A DNA stretch of 63,431 bases, filler included, from Welwitschia mirabilis (lineage: Eukaryota), in the NCBI GenBank assembly GCA_051453625.1. It is 9 parts of one record of this genome, joined end to end, with 100 filler letters (N's around TTAATTAATTAA, not from the genome) between each part and the next. Parts side by side here need not be neighbours in the genome. Positions count along the whole stretch, not along the records: positions 49,194 to 52,400 come from JBOZIK010000001.1; positions 52,501 to 54,553 come from JBOZIK010000001.1; positions 54,654 to 61,715 come from JBOZIK010000001.1; positions 61,816 to 63,431 come from JBOZIK010000001.1; 5 more parts are not named here. One strand, 5' to 3'. Of this stretch, positions 52,101 to 63,431 are shown one piece after another. Below the pieces are notes generated by a model. It ran no database searches. It saw only the letters and a program-made list of their open reading frames with translations, and had not been told where the DNA came from. Numbering within the stretch: the stretch's first letter is position 1; the number at the start of each line of letters is the position of its first letter. The position numbers were made by a program, and so were the translations under genes.

Positions 52101-52400
52101 CATAATCTTTTTCCACATCACCATAAAAAAAAAAACAAAAATAAAACAAAAACAACAAAAAGAAGAAAAACACATTTTCAACATTTTACCTTTTCAATTT
52201 TTTACTCTCAAATAAGTCTTTCAATTTTTTTGCTCAAACCCCTAATCATTAGTTCTCATTTCGACCTTTGTTTTTTGTAGGATGCTAAAATGGAAAGCCA
52301 ATTGAAGTAACCCTTACGTACTACCTTAAACGGTCAGCCTATTAAGAGGTACGCCAATTTCAGTTTTATTAATTTCAACTATAGTGAATGTTTGGGAATT
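49194..52400 (+). mobile_element. Ogre/Retand-like (Tat clade) gypsy: LTR end, PBS, gag and protease
   Basis: PBS tggcactagaaggaggg at 49337. gag: MPDFEKFIGVEDPVIHIRNF...LFCQSLRRQALEWY and YCEYHRIKGHHTKNC. Protease: FVDCGAELNVI...LLLGHPWI. Confidence 0.88.
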
Positions 52401-52500
52401 NNNNNNNNNNNNNNNNNNNNNNNNNNNNNNNNNNNNNNNNNNNNTTAATTAATTAANNNNNNNNNNNNNNNNNNNNNNNNNNNNNNNNNNNNNNNNNNNN

Positions 52501-54552
52501 AGGTTCACATGGAGGAAGGTTTACTTCTTATCCACTTCTTGTTAGAACCTTACAATATTTTCTTACTTCATTGGGGTTTGGTTGTGTAGCTAATGTTCCT
52601 TAGGGTATTTGAATTACCAACATGGTTTGTTGAATTATGTTTACTAAATTTTTAATGTTGGCATTTTGTTTTTTAAAGTTGGCATTTGATTTTCTAATTT
52701 CTTCTATTAGGTTTGTGAGTTGATCATTTAGATGTTGAAAGTTTGATGGTCCTAATTGATAGTTTGTGTTTTTAAATAGATTTCTAAAAGGTTGAGAATT
52801 ATTTTGGAAATGAGTGTTCAACTTAGATTATGCCTAATTTTGATTTCTGAAGTTTTAAGGTTATTGGTTAAAAGTACAAACTTCTTCACGTATTCTTTCT
52901 TTGTATGTTGGCAAAAGAGAATAGTTTTTTGTGACATGATAATTATCCTCACATAAATCACAATTTTGCATAACATTTCTCTTAGTTGTGTATTTAGCAT
53001 CTAAGATTATTTTTGCATACTTCTCCAAGGTTGTAAAATCTTTTATGAAATTTGTAGGATTGGATTCCATCTCTTTTTGTTGTTTAACCTCTTTTAAATC
53101 TTTGATGAGTTGGCCTACAGTTAGATTTTCTTTAGGAGTTGACTAACTTTAACTAACCTCCACAAGCTCTTTCAATTTTCTGTAAGCATCATCTATAGTA
53201 AGATTCATGAGTTGTTTTATATGGGAAGTCAATTCACTATAAAAATAGTCTACTTATTATTTTTTTGAGAAAGCATCTACTAGATTAGAATGGATTAGTA
53301 TGAAGAAACATTCATAAGTAGAGGCATAATCTTCATTTAATTTTTGTTGAAAGCTTGTTACTTCATTTTTCCTTTTTCTCATAGTTTTTTCACTCATAAA
53401 TCTTTTTACAAAGGTTTCCTAGACTTGATCCCATGTTTTTAATCTTTTGTGGGGAATAGTTTTTAACTAAAGTTTTGCTCCACCCTTTAAGGTCATGGGA
53501 AAGATTACCATATATATTCTATCAGTTATTTTTTTCTTCCCATTTCCCAAGGTGAGGATTAGTTGTTCAATGTTTGCAATGTGTTGAAGGGGGTTCTCAT
53601 CATTTTCTCCACTAAAAATTGAATAGGCATGTAAATTTTTGAGCTCAACATCATCTCCTTGGGGTAGATCAAAAGGTGTTTGAATCTCTTATTTTTTATT
53701 GTCTAACAATTCTCGAAGGGTGAGATTTGCATTAGGGGTAGAAGATCCTATGACTTGTTATTTCATACAAAAGGCACTCAACATTGTGAATTAGTCTTCT
53801 CCTTCTATAGGATTTTCATAAAGAAAATCTAACTAAAAAAAAATTGGAAGGAGATTTGAGTGCACCTGGATATTGCCTTTCCTATTTGTTTTCTCTAGCC
53901 ACCAATCCTTTTTTAATGTCCTTTTCTATTAGCATCCTTTCTTTCTGATTTTTTTTTCTTAAGATTGACCATATTACAGCATCTTACAAATAGGAAACAA
54001 CAAAAAACAAGATTAAAAATAACAAACCTTCATGTGTCTATCATAGGGATGACAGAAGTGATGATACACACAAAAACTAGAAAAATAGAAATAGGACCGA
54101 AACTAAAACAAAAATCAGAAAACATAAAAAATAGGACTATCATCTAGCTAATCATCTGGACATCACAGAAGACAATAGAAACTAATTTATTGTAGATAAA
54201 TCAAAATCAAAAAATAAAACTAAGAATAAAAATTGCACATTGTCATTCTATTTATCATGGAGACGACAGAGGGGACAACCACAAATTTTTAAAGAAAACT
54301 GAAATACTGCATACAGAAAACCTATAGCTCCTAATAAAATACAATGTCGCATAGATAAATAACTGAATAGAGGTCCAATATACTCACCTGAATGATGATA
54401 ATCCTTGTACTCTTTAATAGTCTTCCCAGGCAATGATGCTAATTTGTTGTAGTGTGTATTTGTGTAAGTGCTTAAGTTTGGAAAGATTCTGTCATTCATA
54501 AAATCAATAGATATCTTACATAATACAACACACTAGTATGAGTGGAAGTAGA
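52501..54552 (-). mobile_element. Athila-like family gag and leader, second copy
   Basis: PFDLPQGDDVELKNLHAY...IFPMTLKGGAK and CDLCEDNYHVTKN; homologous to 44678-45800. Confidence 0.8.
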
Positions 54553-54653
54553 CNNNNNNNNNNNNNNNNNNNNNNNNNNNNNNNNNNNNNNNNNNNNTTA
54601 ATTAATTAANNNNNNNNNNNNNNNNNNNNNNNNNNNNNNNNNNNNNNNNNNNN

Positions 54654-57096
54654 TTCTTAGTTTGATAATTTAATACACTGTAGAAATAATCAACTAATTC
54701 TTCTTTATAAAATTCATCAATAATGTTGGAATTGCTAGCTATGATAAAACATTCATATGTTGTGGCATAATCCTCATGAGGTTGTTGTTGAAAGTTGGTA
54801 ACTTTCTTTCTTTTTTTCCTCATGACTTTCACTCAAAAATCTTTTGATAAAAACTTCTTGCACTTAACTCCATGATTTAAGACTCCTATGTAGAATGGTT
54901 TTAAGCCAAAGTTTTGCCCTTCCTCTAAGTGTGACTGGAAAAATAATTATGTAAATACGATCACTAATATGTATCTTTCCATTTCCTAAAGTAAGAACAA
55001 GTTGTTTAATATCAGCTAGATATTGGAAAGGGTCTTCCTCAGGTTCCCTTAAAAAATTTGGATAGAAACTCAAATTTCTTAAGTCTACATCATCATCAGG
55101 AGGTAAATCAAAGGGATTTTAGATTTTACATTTTCTGTTAGTGATTAAATCTCTAAGAGTAACATTTGCATTTAAAATTTCTATTACGATTGACATACTA
55201 GATGAAGCAACTTGCTTTTGTTTTTGCAACGATTTTGACATATTCGAAGAAGAAATAACATGATCTACTTCTATACCATAATTTTATTTTGCAGAATCTG
55301 AATTTGAAATAATAAAAGAAGAAAAATCTTCTTCTTCAATGTACCTGGATTTTGTGCGAAGTCAAATAATCCTTATCTGATATTTTGTTCAATCAAGTTC
55401 CTCTCTCTCTCTCTGATATTTCGTCTTTCTACTAGAATTCACCATATCTCTACATATTCAGATAACAAATAAAAAATGGAATAAAAAATAACTGATTATC
55501 GTCCATCTAGTTGTGAGGATGACAAGAGGGATGATTATCAAAAAAACTGAACTTAGATAAAAATTACCAAAAGTGAAAAAAACAGATTATCATCTAGACT
55601 ATTGTGGGGATGACAGAAAAGACAGAAGTATTTTTATTACTAATCTATAGANNNNNNNNNNTTTGCAGAAAAAATAAATTTAATAATTCAAAACCATCGT
55701 TCCCAATATCGTTGGGATGATAGAGAGGATGAGAGTGATCTTTAAAACTATGGAAAATGAAAATTTCTAAAATAAACCTACTAAACTATGCTAAAAATAC
55801 AATATTATTTTAAATAAATAACCTTAATAGAAATTCAAGGTACTTATCTAGATAGTAACAATCCTCTAGCTCCTTACGGCCTTTCCTAATAATGGCACCA
55901 AAATGTTGTGGTGTATATTTATGTAATCTTTAAGTCCTTAAGCAAAACTTGTAAATCATCATACTTATAGAAAACACATACTACTATAGATGGAATTTAA
56001 TCTAAATGTCATAATTTATTGAAGGCATTAGGCTAAAAGTTAGAGAATTGATTTCATAAAGTATTTTTAGTCTTTTCTATTTTAGTAAATGAAAGTAAAC
56101 AAGAATGTAAATGCAATGCAAGATGAATGATAGTAAAAACGCAATGGATAGAATGCAAGTAAGGTGCATTCTATTTGGACTCTAATCCTTCTGTCACAAG
56201 GACTATTTCTTTATAACTTTGATCAACTAGGAAGAGTTCTATTACTTATTCCTAGCCAACATAAACTATAAGAATTGCCAAATAGAATATGAATAATGCA
56301 ATATGGAATTAGAATGAAATAACAATGCAAAGCTAAACTAACAAAGTCAACCTTAACAAAGGTTACCCTTATGATCTAAATAAACCATAAAATTGTTAGT
56401 AAACTATAATCAACTTAAATTATAAGGGACATTGAATTAATCATGAACTTTTACATCCACTTATAACAAAGTAGCAATACCTCAATAGAGGATACTCAGC
56501 TCAACACTAAGGTAAACTCCTCTCTGTAGCTACTGGATAAACCTCTTATCCTTCAATTTTCTATCACAAAAACATTAGGTATAAAAGATGGAAAATGAAG
56601 TAAAGGAAATGAAGGGTATTTATAGTTTTACATTAAAGTTGTAAAAGCTTAGCCCTAAGAGTCAGAGAAGAAATCCTAGCAGCCCATATGAGTCGCTTGA
56701 CCCCATTACAAGGATAATTATTTTCGTTCATAGAAAATAACTATGATCCTGACTGTTGTGGGAACGACAATGGGAATGTCACTCCACATCAAAAGGTGGT
56801 TTATTAGCTTTAATTCCCATAGTCAACTCCCTATCGTGGGGATGACAGAGGGGACGATAAGATTCTCCATCTTCTATCTTAAAAAGAAATAAATCATCTG
56901 CATGGTAAACCCTTCTTTCAAAGTATGAAGTATTAGAATAATCCTAAGATGCCTCCAAATATGCTAAGAATTGCATGTTTCAGTGATCATCCTATCAGTT
57001 CTTCACAATCATCAGAATTGCATCTAAACCTGTATAAATATCTTACAAAAGTACTCAAAATACACCATCAAATTCCTACAAATTGGCATCACAAAA
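54654..57096 (-). mobile_element. Athila-like family 5' LTR (55904-57096), PBS, leader and gag start, third copy
   Basis: aatggcacca-aaa-tgttg junction at 55891-55908. gag reads EDPFQYLADIKQL...IFPVTLRGRAKLWLKT. The LTR outer end gcatcacaaaa matches the inverse of the LTR start at 47900. Confidence 0.82.
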
Positions 57097-57899
57097 TGTC
57101 TCATCTAGTAATTGGAAGGTTAATAAGTTTTAAAAGGAAAGAACAGTGTTTCAATTCCTTGTAATAATGTTTGTGAATTCCTAGGCTATTTTTATAAAAT
57201 CCTTATTTATTATTACTTATAGGTAATACAATTCTCAAATATTACCAAAACTTACTTATAAGAACATCATGGAAGAAACTAAAGGATTCATAGTCACTTC
57301 AAGTTACAAAGATTTCTTTTAAAATGGGAAATTATAAAATTAGTGTTGCCTTTGGTTTTTCTATAAACTTTTTATAACAGACATTTCAAACAAATTTGGA
57401 AGTTTCATTTAATTCAGTATTCATTTGATTTGAAAATCTTAGTTATTGTCAAATCTAACTAAGCATGCTATATTATTTTTTAAAAATGTACTTCATTAAT
57501 ACACATCCATATTATTTATGTAAGAAAATACAAATGAGATGACATTAGTATTATTTTGTCAATAGTGTTTTGAGAAGTGAAGAGGAGGTAAATAAGTCTT
57601 TGTATTTTATTATGAAGGAGAACATAACTTCTTATTATGTTTTAGCCTTTAGATGTAACACTTTGATGGCTGACGAACTTTGCCTTTATTGAATAGGAAC
57701 ATCCCATTAATAATGCTATTGGCTTTCTAGTCTTATGATTGCATCATTAACTATTCGACAAATGCTTGTAGAACATCTATAACATGCTAGCTTTGTATAT
57801 CTTGTTAATTACGATTGAAGTGATTCATGGCTCAATAACAAAAGACTGCATTGCTTTGGCTTTAATATGGAATTCTTTCTTATGCTTTGATGATCTATA

Positions 57900-60800
57900 T
57901 GTTAGATTGTATTTTGCCGATTAATGTCAAACTAATGTCTCTTGTATAGCAAATGTTGTATATTTTGTGTAGAAGAGTTTTAATTTTTGCAGGTTGAAAG
58001 ATGGCATTAAAATATGCACCAGTTTAGTTGGTTCACCCTCCAGAGGGGTCGACCGAATCCTAAAGGGGTTGACTGCACTTGAAGTTGTCAAAGGAAAATG
58101 GACTGCATCTAGAGGGGTTGATTGGATTCTGATGGAATCGGCCAGACCTGTAACTTAAAGAATCAGTGTCCCTGAATTGAATTGTAAGGGGTTGACCAGA
58201 TTTGAAGACTTGACAAATAGTATTCCCAGACTGAGAGACAAGGGGTCGACCGGATCCAGGATGGGGTCGATCGGACTGGGGTCGACTGGATCTAAATGGG
58301 GTCGACCGGACATGGAGATGTAAAAACCTGAGGCAACTGAATTAACCTATATAATTCACGGCGCCAGATGGATTCGATCGGACTTTTGTGGGGTCATCTG
58401 GACAGCGCAGAAAAGAAATTTTTCTAAACATTATGTATCCATTATTTAGCCATTAGGTAGCCGTTTTCTAGCTGTTTATAACCNNNNNNNNNNNNNNNNN
58501 NNNNNNNNNNNNNNNNNNNNNNNNNNNNNNNNNNNNNNNNNNNNNNNNNNNNNNNNNNNNNNNNNNNNNNNNNNNNNNNNNNNGAAGTTGTCAAAGGAAA
58601 ATGGACTGCATCTAGAGGGGCTGATTGGATTCTGATGGAGTCGGCCAGACCTGTAACTTAAAGAATCAGTGTCCCTGAATTGAATTGTAAGGGGTTGACC
58701 AGATTTGAAGACCTGACAAATAGTATTCCCAGACTGAGAGACAAGGGGTCAACCGGATCCAGGATGGGGTCGATCGGACTGGGGTCGACTGGATCTAAAT
58801 GGGGTCGACCAGACATGGAGATGTAAAAACCTGGGGCAACTGAATTAACCTATATAATTCACGACGCCAGATCGGACTTTTGTGGGGTCATCTGGACAGC
58901 GTAGAAAAGAAATTTTTCTAAACATTATGTATCCATTATTTAGCCATTAGGTAGCCATTTTCTAGCTATTTATAGCCGTTGAAGACGTAATTCAAATGTA
59001 CTAAACCCTACTAGCCTTCCATTATAAATAGCTAAGCTATAGATGACCAAGAAATATTTTTGGAGCCATTCTCATTCACTAAATCATTTGGATCTGAAAG
59101 ATCAAGCTGAGTATTTACAGTGTTGTATCTTGACTTCTACACATCTAACTAGAAGAGATTTATTATTGGCACATGTACTTCATTCTTTATCAGATCTAGA
59201 GCTATATTAGTGTACTTCTACAGAANNNNNNNNNNNNNNNNNNNNNNNNNNNNNNNNNNNNNNNNNNNNNNNNNNNNNNNNNNNNNNNNNNNNNNNNNNN
59301 NNNNNNNNNNNNNNNNNNNNNNNNNCATTCACTAAATCATTTGGATCTAAAAGATCAAGCTGAGTATTTAACGTGTTATATCTTGACTTCTACACATCTA
59401 ACTAGAAGAGATTTATTATTGGCACATGTACTTCATTCTTTGTCAGATCTAGAGCTATATTAGTGTACTTCTACAGAAGGAGAGCTTCATCTATTGTACT
59501 GTTTCAGAATGAGTGATATTTGTGCTATTGAGGCATCACCACATCACTATTTCATTTGCTAAAGGTTGAGATTGAGCCTTGAAAAGTCTGTGCTAAATGT
59601 TGAGACTTAGCCTGGAAAAGTCTGCTTGTAAAGGTTATAGGTGAACCTGGAATACCTGATGAAGTAACAAATATCCGAGATCAAGCTTGGAAGAAGTTGA
59701 TCATCGAGAGTGGAGTAGGGGAGTTTCCTGAACCACTATAAATCCAACTTGCATCAAATTGGTAGTTTGTGTTTTTTTATTTTTGATTCTTTGCTTTCAA
59801 TATTTTATTATATTGTGCATATCTTAGATTAATTTAGGCAAGTTGGCTCAAATAGATTTACTTCAGATTAATTGTTAAGTTTTAAAAGAATCTATTCAAC
59901 CCTCCTCCAAGGTTCTCAATCCTATCATTTGGTATCAGAGCAATTTAAGTCATTTTTTTAGATCTTAGCCGGTCTAGACTTAGAACCCCACAATGGTTGC
60001 TCTTCTTGATGATGATTTTTTAAGTATGCCTTTCCTAAATACGTGTGCCTTTATTTGGATTTCTTAGATAATATATGGTTATTTTTTTACACATATTGTA
60101 GGTAGTGAAAACTCACAGGAATCAAGTGAAAGAAATAAAAGAAATACTCTAGAATACAATAAAGAAAGGGGACTCTCTTTTATAGCTTTTGTGCCTCTAT
60201 TGCAGAATGTGCCAAACACATTAGTCCATGATGATGATGATATGAGAAATGAAGAGCAAGAATATTTGAAAGACACTTATCAAGAGTTGTATCAAGAATG
60301 TGTAAAGCTGGCTAGAAGGATAAATGACTTGAACAAGGTCATAAAATCCCTCACCAAGGAAAAGGAGGATGGAATCAAGTCTTAAAAGAGTCAAATCCAA
60401 AAACTCCGACCTCATTTTGCAAGTAAAAGAGTTATCTTATTTTGTTAATAAATTTTCAGGTGAATATACCAAATTGGAACAAATGCTTAGAGTTCAAAAA
60501 CCAGTTGGCAGCAAATTAGGTATTGGCTTTATCTCTCAAAAACCTCAAACATAGAAAAATTAGGTAACCAGTAATGGTAATTTCTNNNNNNNNNNNNNNN
60601 NNNNNNNNNNNNNNNNNNNNNNNNNNNNNNNNNNNNNNNNNNNNNNNNNNNNNNNNNNNNNNNNNNNNNATTCAGTTAGTTCCTTTCCATTTAAGTTTAT
60701 TCCTAAAAAGGATATACGACATAAGTCTAAAAGGACTATGTGGGTACAACCTAATGATATTAAAAGTTTGTTAATTCAGACAGCTTTTAAAGTCTCAAAT

Positions 60801-61715
60801 AGCATAAGTTGGTATCTTAATAGTGGATGTTCAAGACACATGACATGAGACAAATTTAGATTCAAACATCTAAGCTACTTTCATGGAGGAGAAGTGACTT
60901 TCAGAGATAACGGAAGAGCAAAAATAGAAGGCATTAGTAGAGGCAACCTTCCTAGAATTAATGAAGTTTTATATGTAAGTTGTTTAAAGTATAATTTACT
61001 GAGCATTAGTCAAATTTGTGACAAAGGTTACAAGGTAGTTTTTGATAAATCAAAATGTGAATTGTACACAAAAAATCAAACGACGTGATTCTTAGAGCTA
61101 GTAGAATAGATAATGTTTATAGCATAGATCAATCATTTTCTTATTATTATTTTTCAAATGTTCCTTAAGATGAGTTGTGATATAAACATCTAGGTCTTGT
61201 TAATTATGATTAATTAAAAATAATTATTCATAAGAACATCGTTAAAGGAATCCCTAAGATAAACATAGAAAAACAAGGGTTGTGAGATGCTTGTCAAAAG
61301 GGAAAACAAATCAGGACTTATCATAAAAGTAAAACTCAAGCCTCCACATCTATGGCATTAGAACTTATTCNNNNNNNNNNNNNNNNNNNNNNNNNNNNNN
61401 NNNNNNNNNNNNNNNNNNNNNNNNNNNNNNNNNNNNNNNNNNNNNNNNNNNNNNNNNNNNNNNNNNNNNNTTCATATGGATTTAGTTGAACCCGCTCAAA
61501 CTCGAAGTCTAGGTGAAAAACATTAGTTCCTGACCATGGTTGATGATTTTTCTAGATATACTTCGATAGCCTTTTTGTCAAATAAATCTGAAGCATATAA
61601 ACATTGGGTTAAAATTTGCAATAATATTCAAAACAAAAAAGGTTATACCATAAAGAAAATAAGAAGTGATCATGATGGTGAACTTGAAAATCATTTTTTT
61701 GTGAAGTAGTGCATT
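57900..61715 (+). mobile_element. SIRE-like copia: 5' LTR (~57900-59927), tRNA-iMet PBS, shortened gag, protease and integrase
   Basis: cctatca-tt-tggtatcagagc at 59921-59941. Motifs LEQMLRVQK...LGIGF, SWYLNSGCSRHMT, LKYNLLSISQICDKG, DACQKGKQ, DDFSRYT and IRSDHDGELEN. Confidence 0.9.
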
Positions 61716-61815
61716 NNNNNNNNNNNNNNNNNNNNNNNNNNNNNNNNNNNNNNNNNNNNTTAATTAATTAANNNNNNNNNNNNNNNNNNNNNNNNNNNNN
61801 NNNNNNNNNNNNNNN

Positions 61816-63431
61816 AATAAGATTACCATCAAGAATAAGTATTCACTACCAAAAATACATGACCTTTTTGATAAACTCAAGGAAGTTAAGGTATTCTCAA
61901 AACTTGATCTAAAATCTAGATATCATCAAGTTTGAATTAAGAAAGAAGATATTTATAAAACAACATTTAGAACCCGCTATGAACATTATGAGTTCACTAT
62001 TATATGTTTTAATTTAACTAATATCCATCTAGTGTTTATGAGTCTTGTGAATTACATCTTTCAATCACATTTTGATTTCTTTGTAATAGTATTTATTGAT
62101 GATATTTCCATTTATTCTAAGACTTATGAAGAGCATGAAAAACAATTGAGAATAGTATTACAAACTTTATAGAATCACCAATTATATGCTAACATGGAAG
62201 AGTGTTCTTTTTAGAAGGAATCCATATATTTTCTAGGACATGTAATATTTAGGAATGGTATATCAATGGATCAAGATAAAGTTATTATGAAATGACTAAT
62301 ACCTATAGTTATTACTAAGGTTAGAATATTTCTTGATCTTGTTGTGTATTATTGTCAATTCAGCTTCAACTTCTCTAAGATAGCTTCTTCATTAATAAGT
62401 CATTTGAAGAAAAATAAAGACTTCCAATGGATAGAAAAATGTTAGTAGTCATTTGACCATCTCAAAGAATGCTTAACTAGTGCTCCATTCTTAGTAATGC
62501 TAGATAATTCAAAGATATTTTTAGTTTACATCGATGTACTTGGAAAAGATCTTGGAGCAGTGTTTGAATAAGATAAAAGAATAATATTTTATGGATCAAG
62601 ACAACTTAAAACTCATAAAATAAATTATCCTATTCATGATCTTGAATTAAATATAGTAATTTTTACTTTAAAATTGTAAAATCATTATCTATATGATGTA
62701 AAGCTTTAAGTTTAAAAAAATCATAAGATTTTAAAATACATTTTTACTCAACTAAACTTAAACCTTATGTAAAGAATATGGATGGAATCTCTCTGTGATT
62801 TTAATTTAGATATTTTATATTATAAAGGTAAGGGAAATAATGTTATAGATGCTCTTAGTGGATGAGGTTGTCTCAAAGTAATCATAGAAATTTAAAGCAA
62901 ATTCCTATCATAATGTTAAAGGGATAAAAAAGGGATGAAAATTATTAAAAACTAAATGACTAATTAGGAGAATCAATAGGTTTATAGCATTTTAGTATTT
63001 ATTTAAATGGTATTATTAGATTCAAGGGAATACTTTTAACTCCTAATGTAGATCGAATTAGACATAAGATAATGTTTAAATTTCATAATCTATCTATAGC
63101 AATTCACCCTGGACAAATTAAAATGTATCAAAACATGAAACAAAATTTTTGATGGTGAGGGATGAAAATGGATATAGCAGAATTTATGTTAATGTGTCTT
63201 AATTATTAACAAGTTAAATTAAAATATAGAAATCTAAAAAGATTACTTTATCATCATGATATTCCAAAATATAAATGAGATGTGATTTGCATAGAATTTA
63301 TTATAGGGATTCTAAAAAATTAAAGAGGTAATAAATCTATTATGGTAATAATTAATAGAGTAACTAAGTTAGCACATTTCATTCTAGTAAAATCTACTTA
63401 TGATGCTAAGAATATAGCTAAAGTATATATT
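61816..63431 (+). mobile_element. Heavily deaminated chromovirus-type (Tekay-like) gypsy RT-RNase H-integrase
   Basis: [21 protein letters not shown]...[11 protein letters not shown]...VFIDDISIYSK, NYPIHDLEL, HPGQIKMYQ and LTKLAHFI, with many stops. Confidence 0.92.

Noticed and set aside
58081..59478. Near-identical duplications flanking 100-N gaps (58081-58482 vs 58584-58977; 59094-59225 vs 59326-59478; also 3262-3348 vs 3455-3546, 12585-12629 vs 13369-13413, and near 61370/61471)
   Set aside because: Each pair directly brackets a gap, so these are most likely unmerged contig overlaps or haplotypes rather than real tandem repeats.

Overview
Plant nuclear DNA from a fragmented assembly, with many N gaps and eight artificial 100-bp joins (44N-TTAATTAATTAA-44N). 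One host gene is recognisable: four minus-strand coding exons (35349-35281, 35068-34856, 34529-34418, 14268-14197) of CAAX prenyl protease 2 (RCE1/FACE2). They have intact GT-AG sites, matching phases and the EExxFR and FxxxH catalytic motifs. One intron is at least 20 kb, the next at least 14 kb, and the first and last exons are not visible. Almost everything else is old, nested transposon debris: several Ty1/copia elements (a short-LTR family and SIRE-like ones), Ty3/gypsy elements (Tat with a PR-aRH order, Ogre/Retand-like, Athila-like, a hyper-deaminated chromovirus), two LINE clades (L1 and RTE-X-like), three hAT elements and a complete TRIM. Long introns and the PR-aRH Tat layout suggest a gymnosperm host (inference). 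I found no RNA genes, no CRISPR array and no clearly new gene system; the best leads are unusual TE architectures and a possible poison exon. TE boundaries are approximate unless LTR, TIR or TSD evidence is given.
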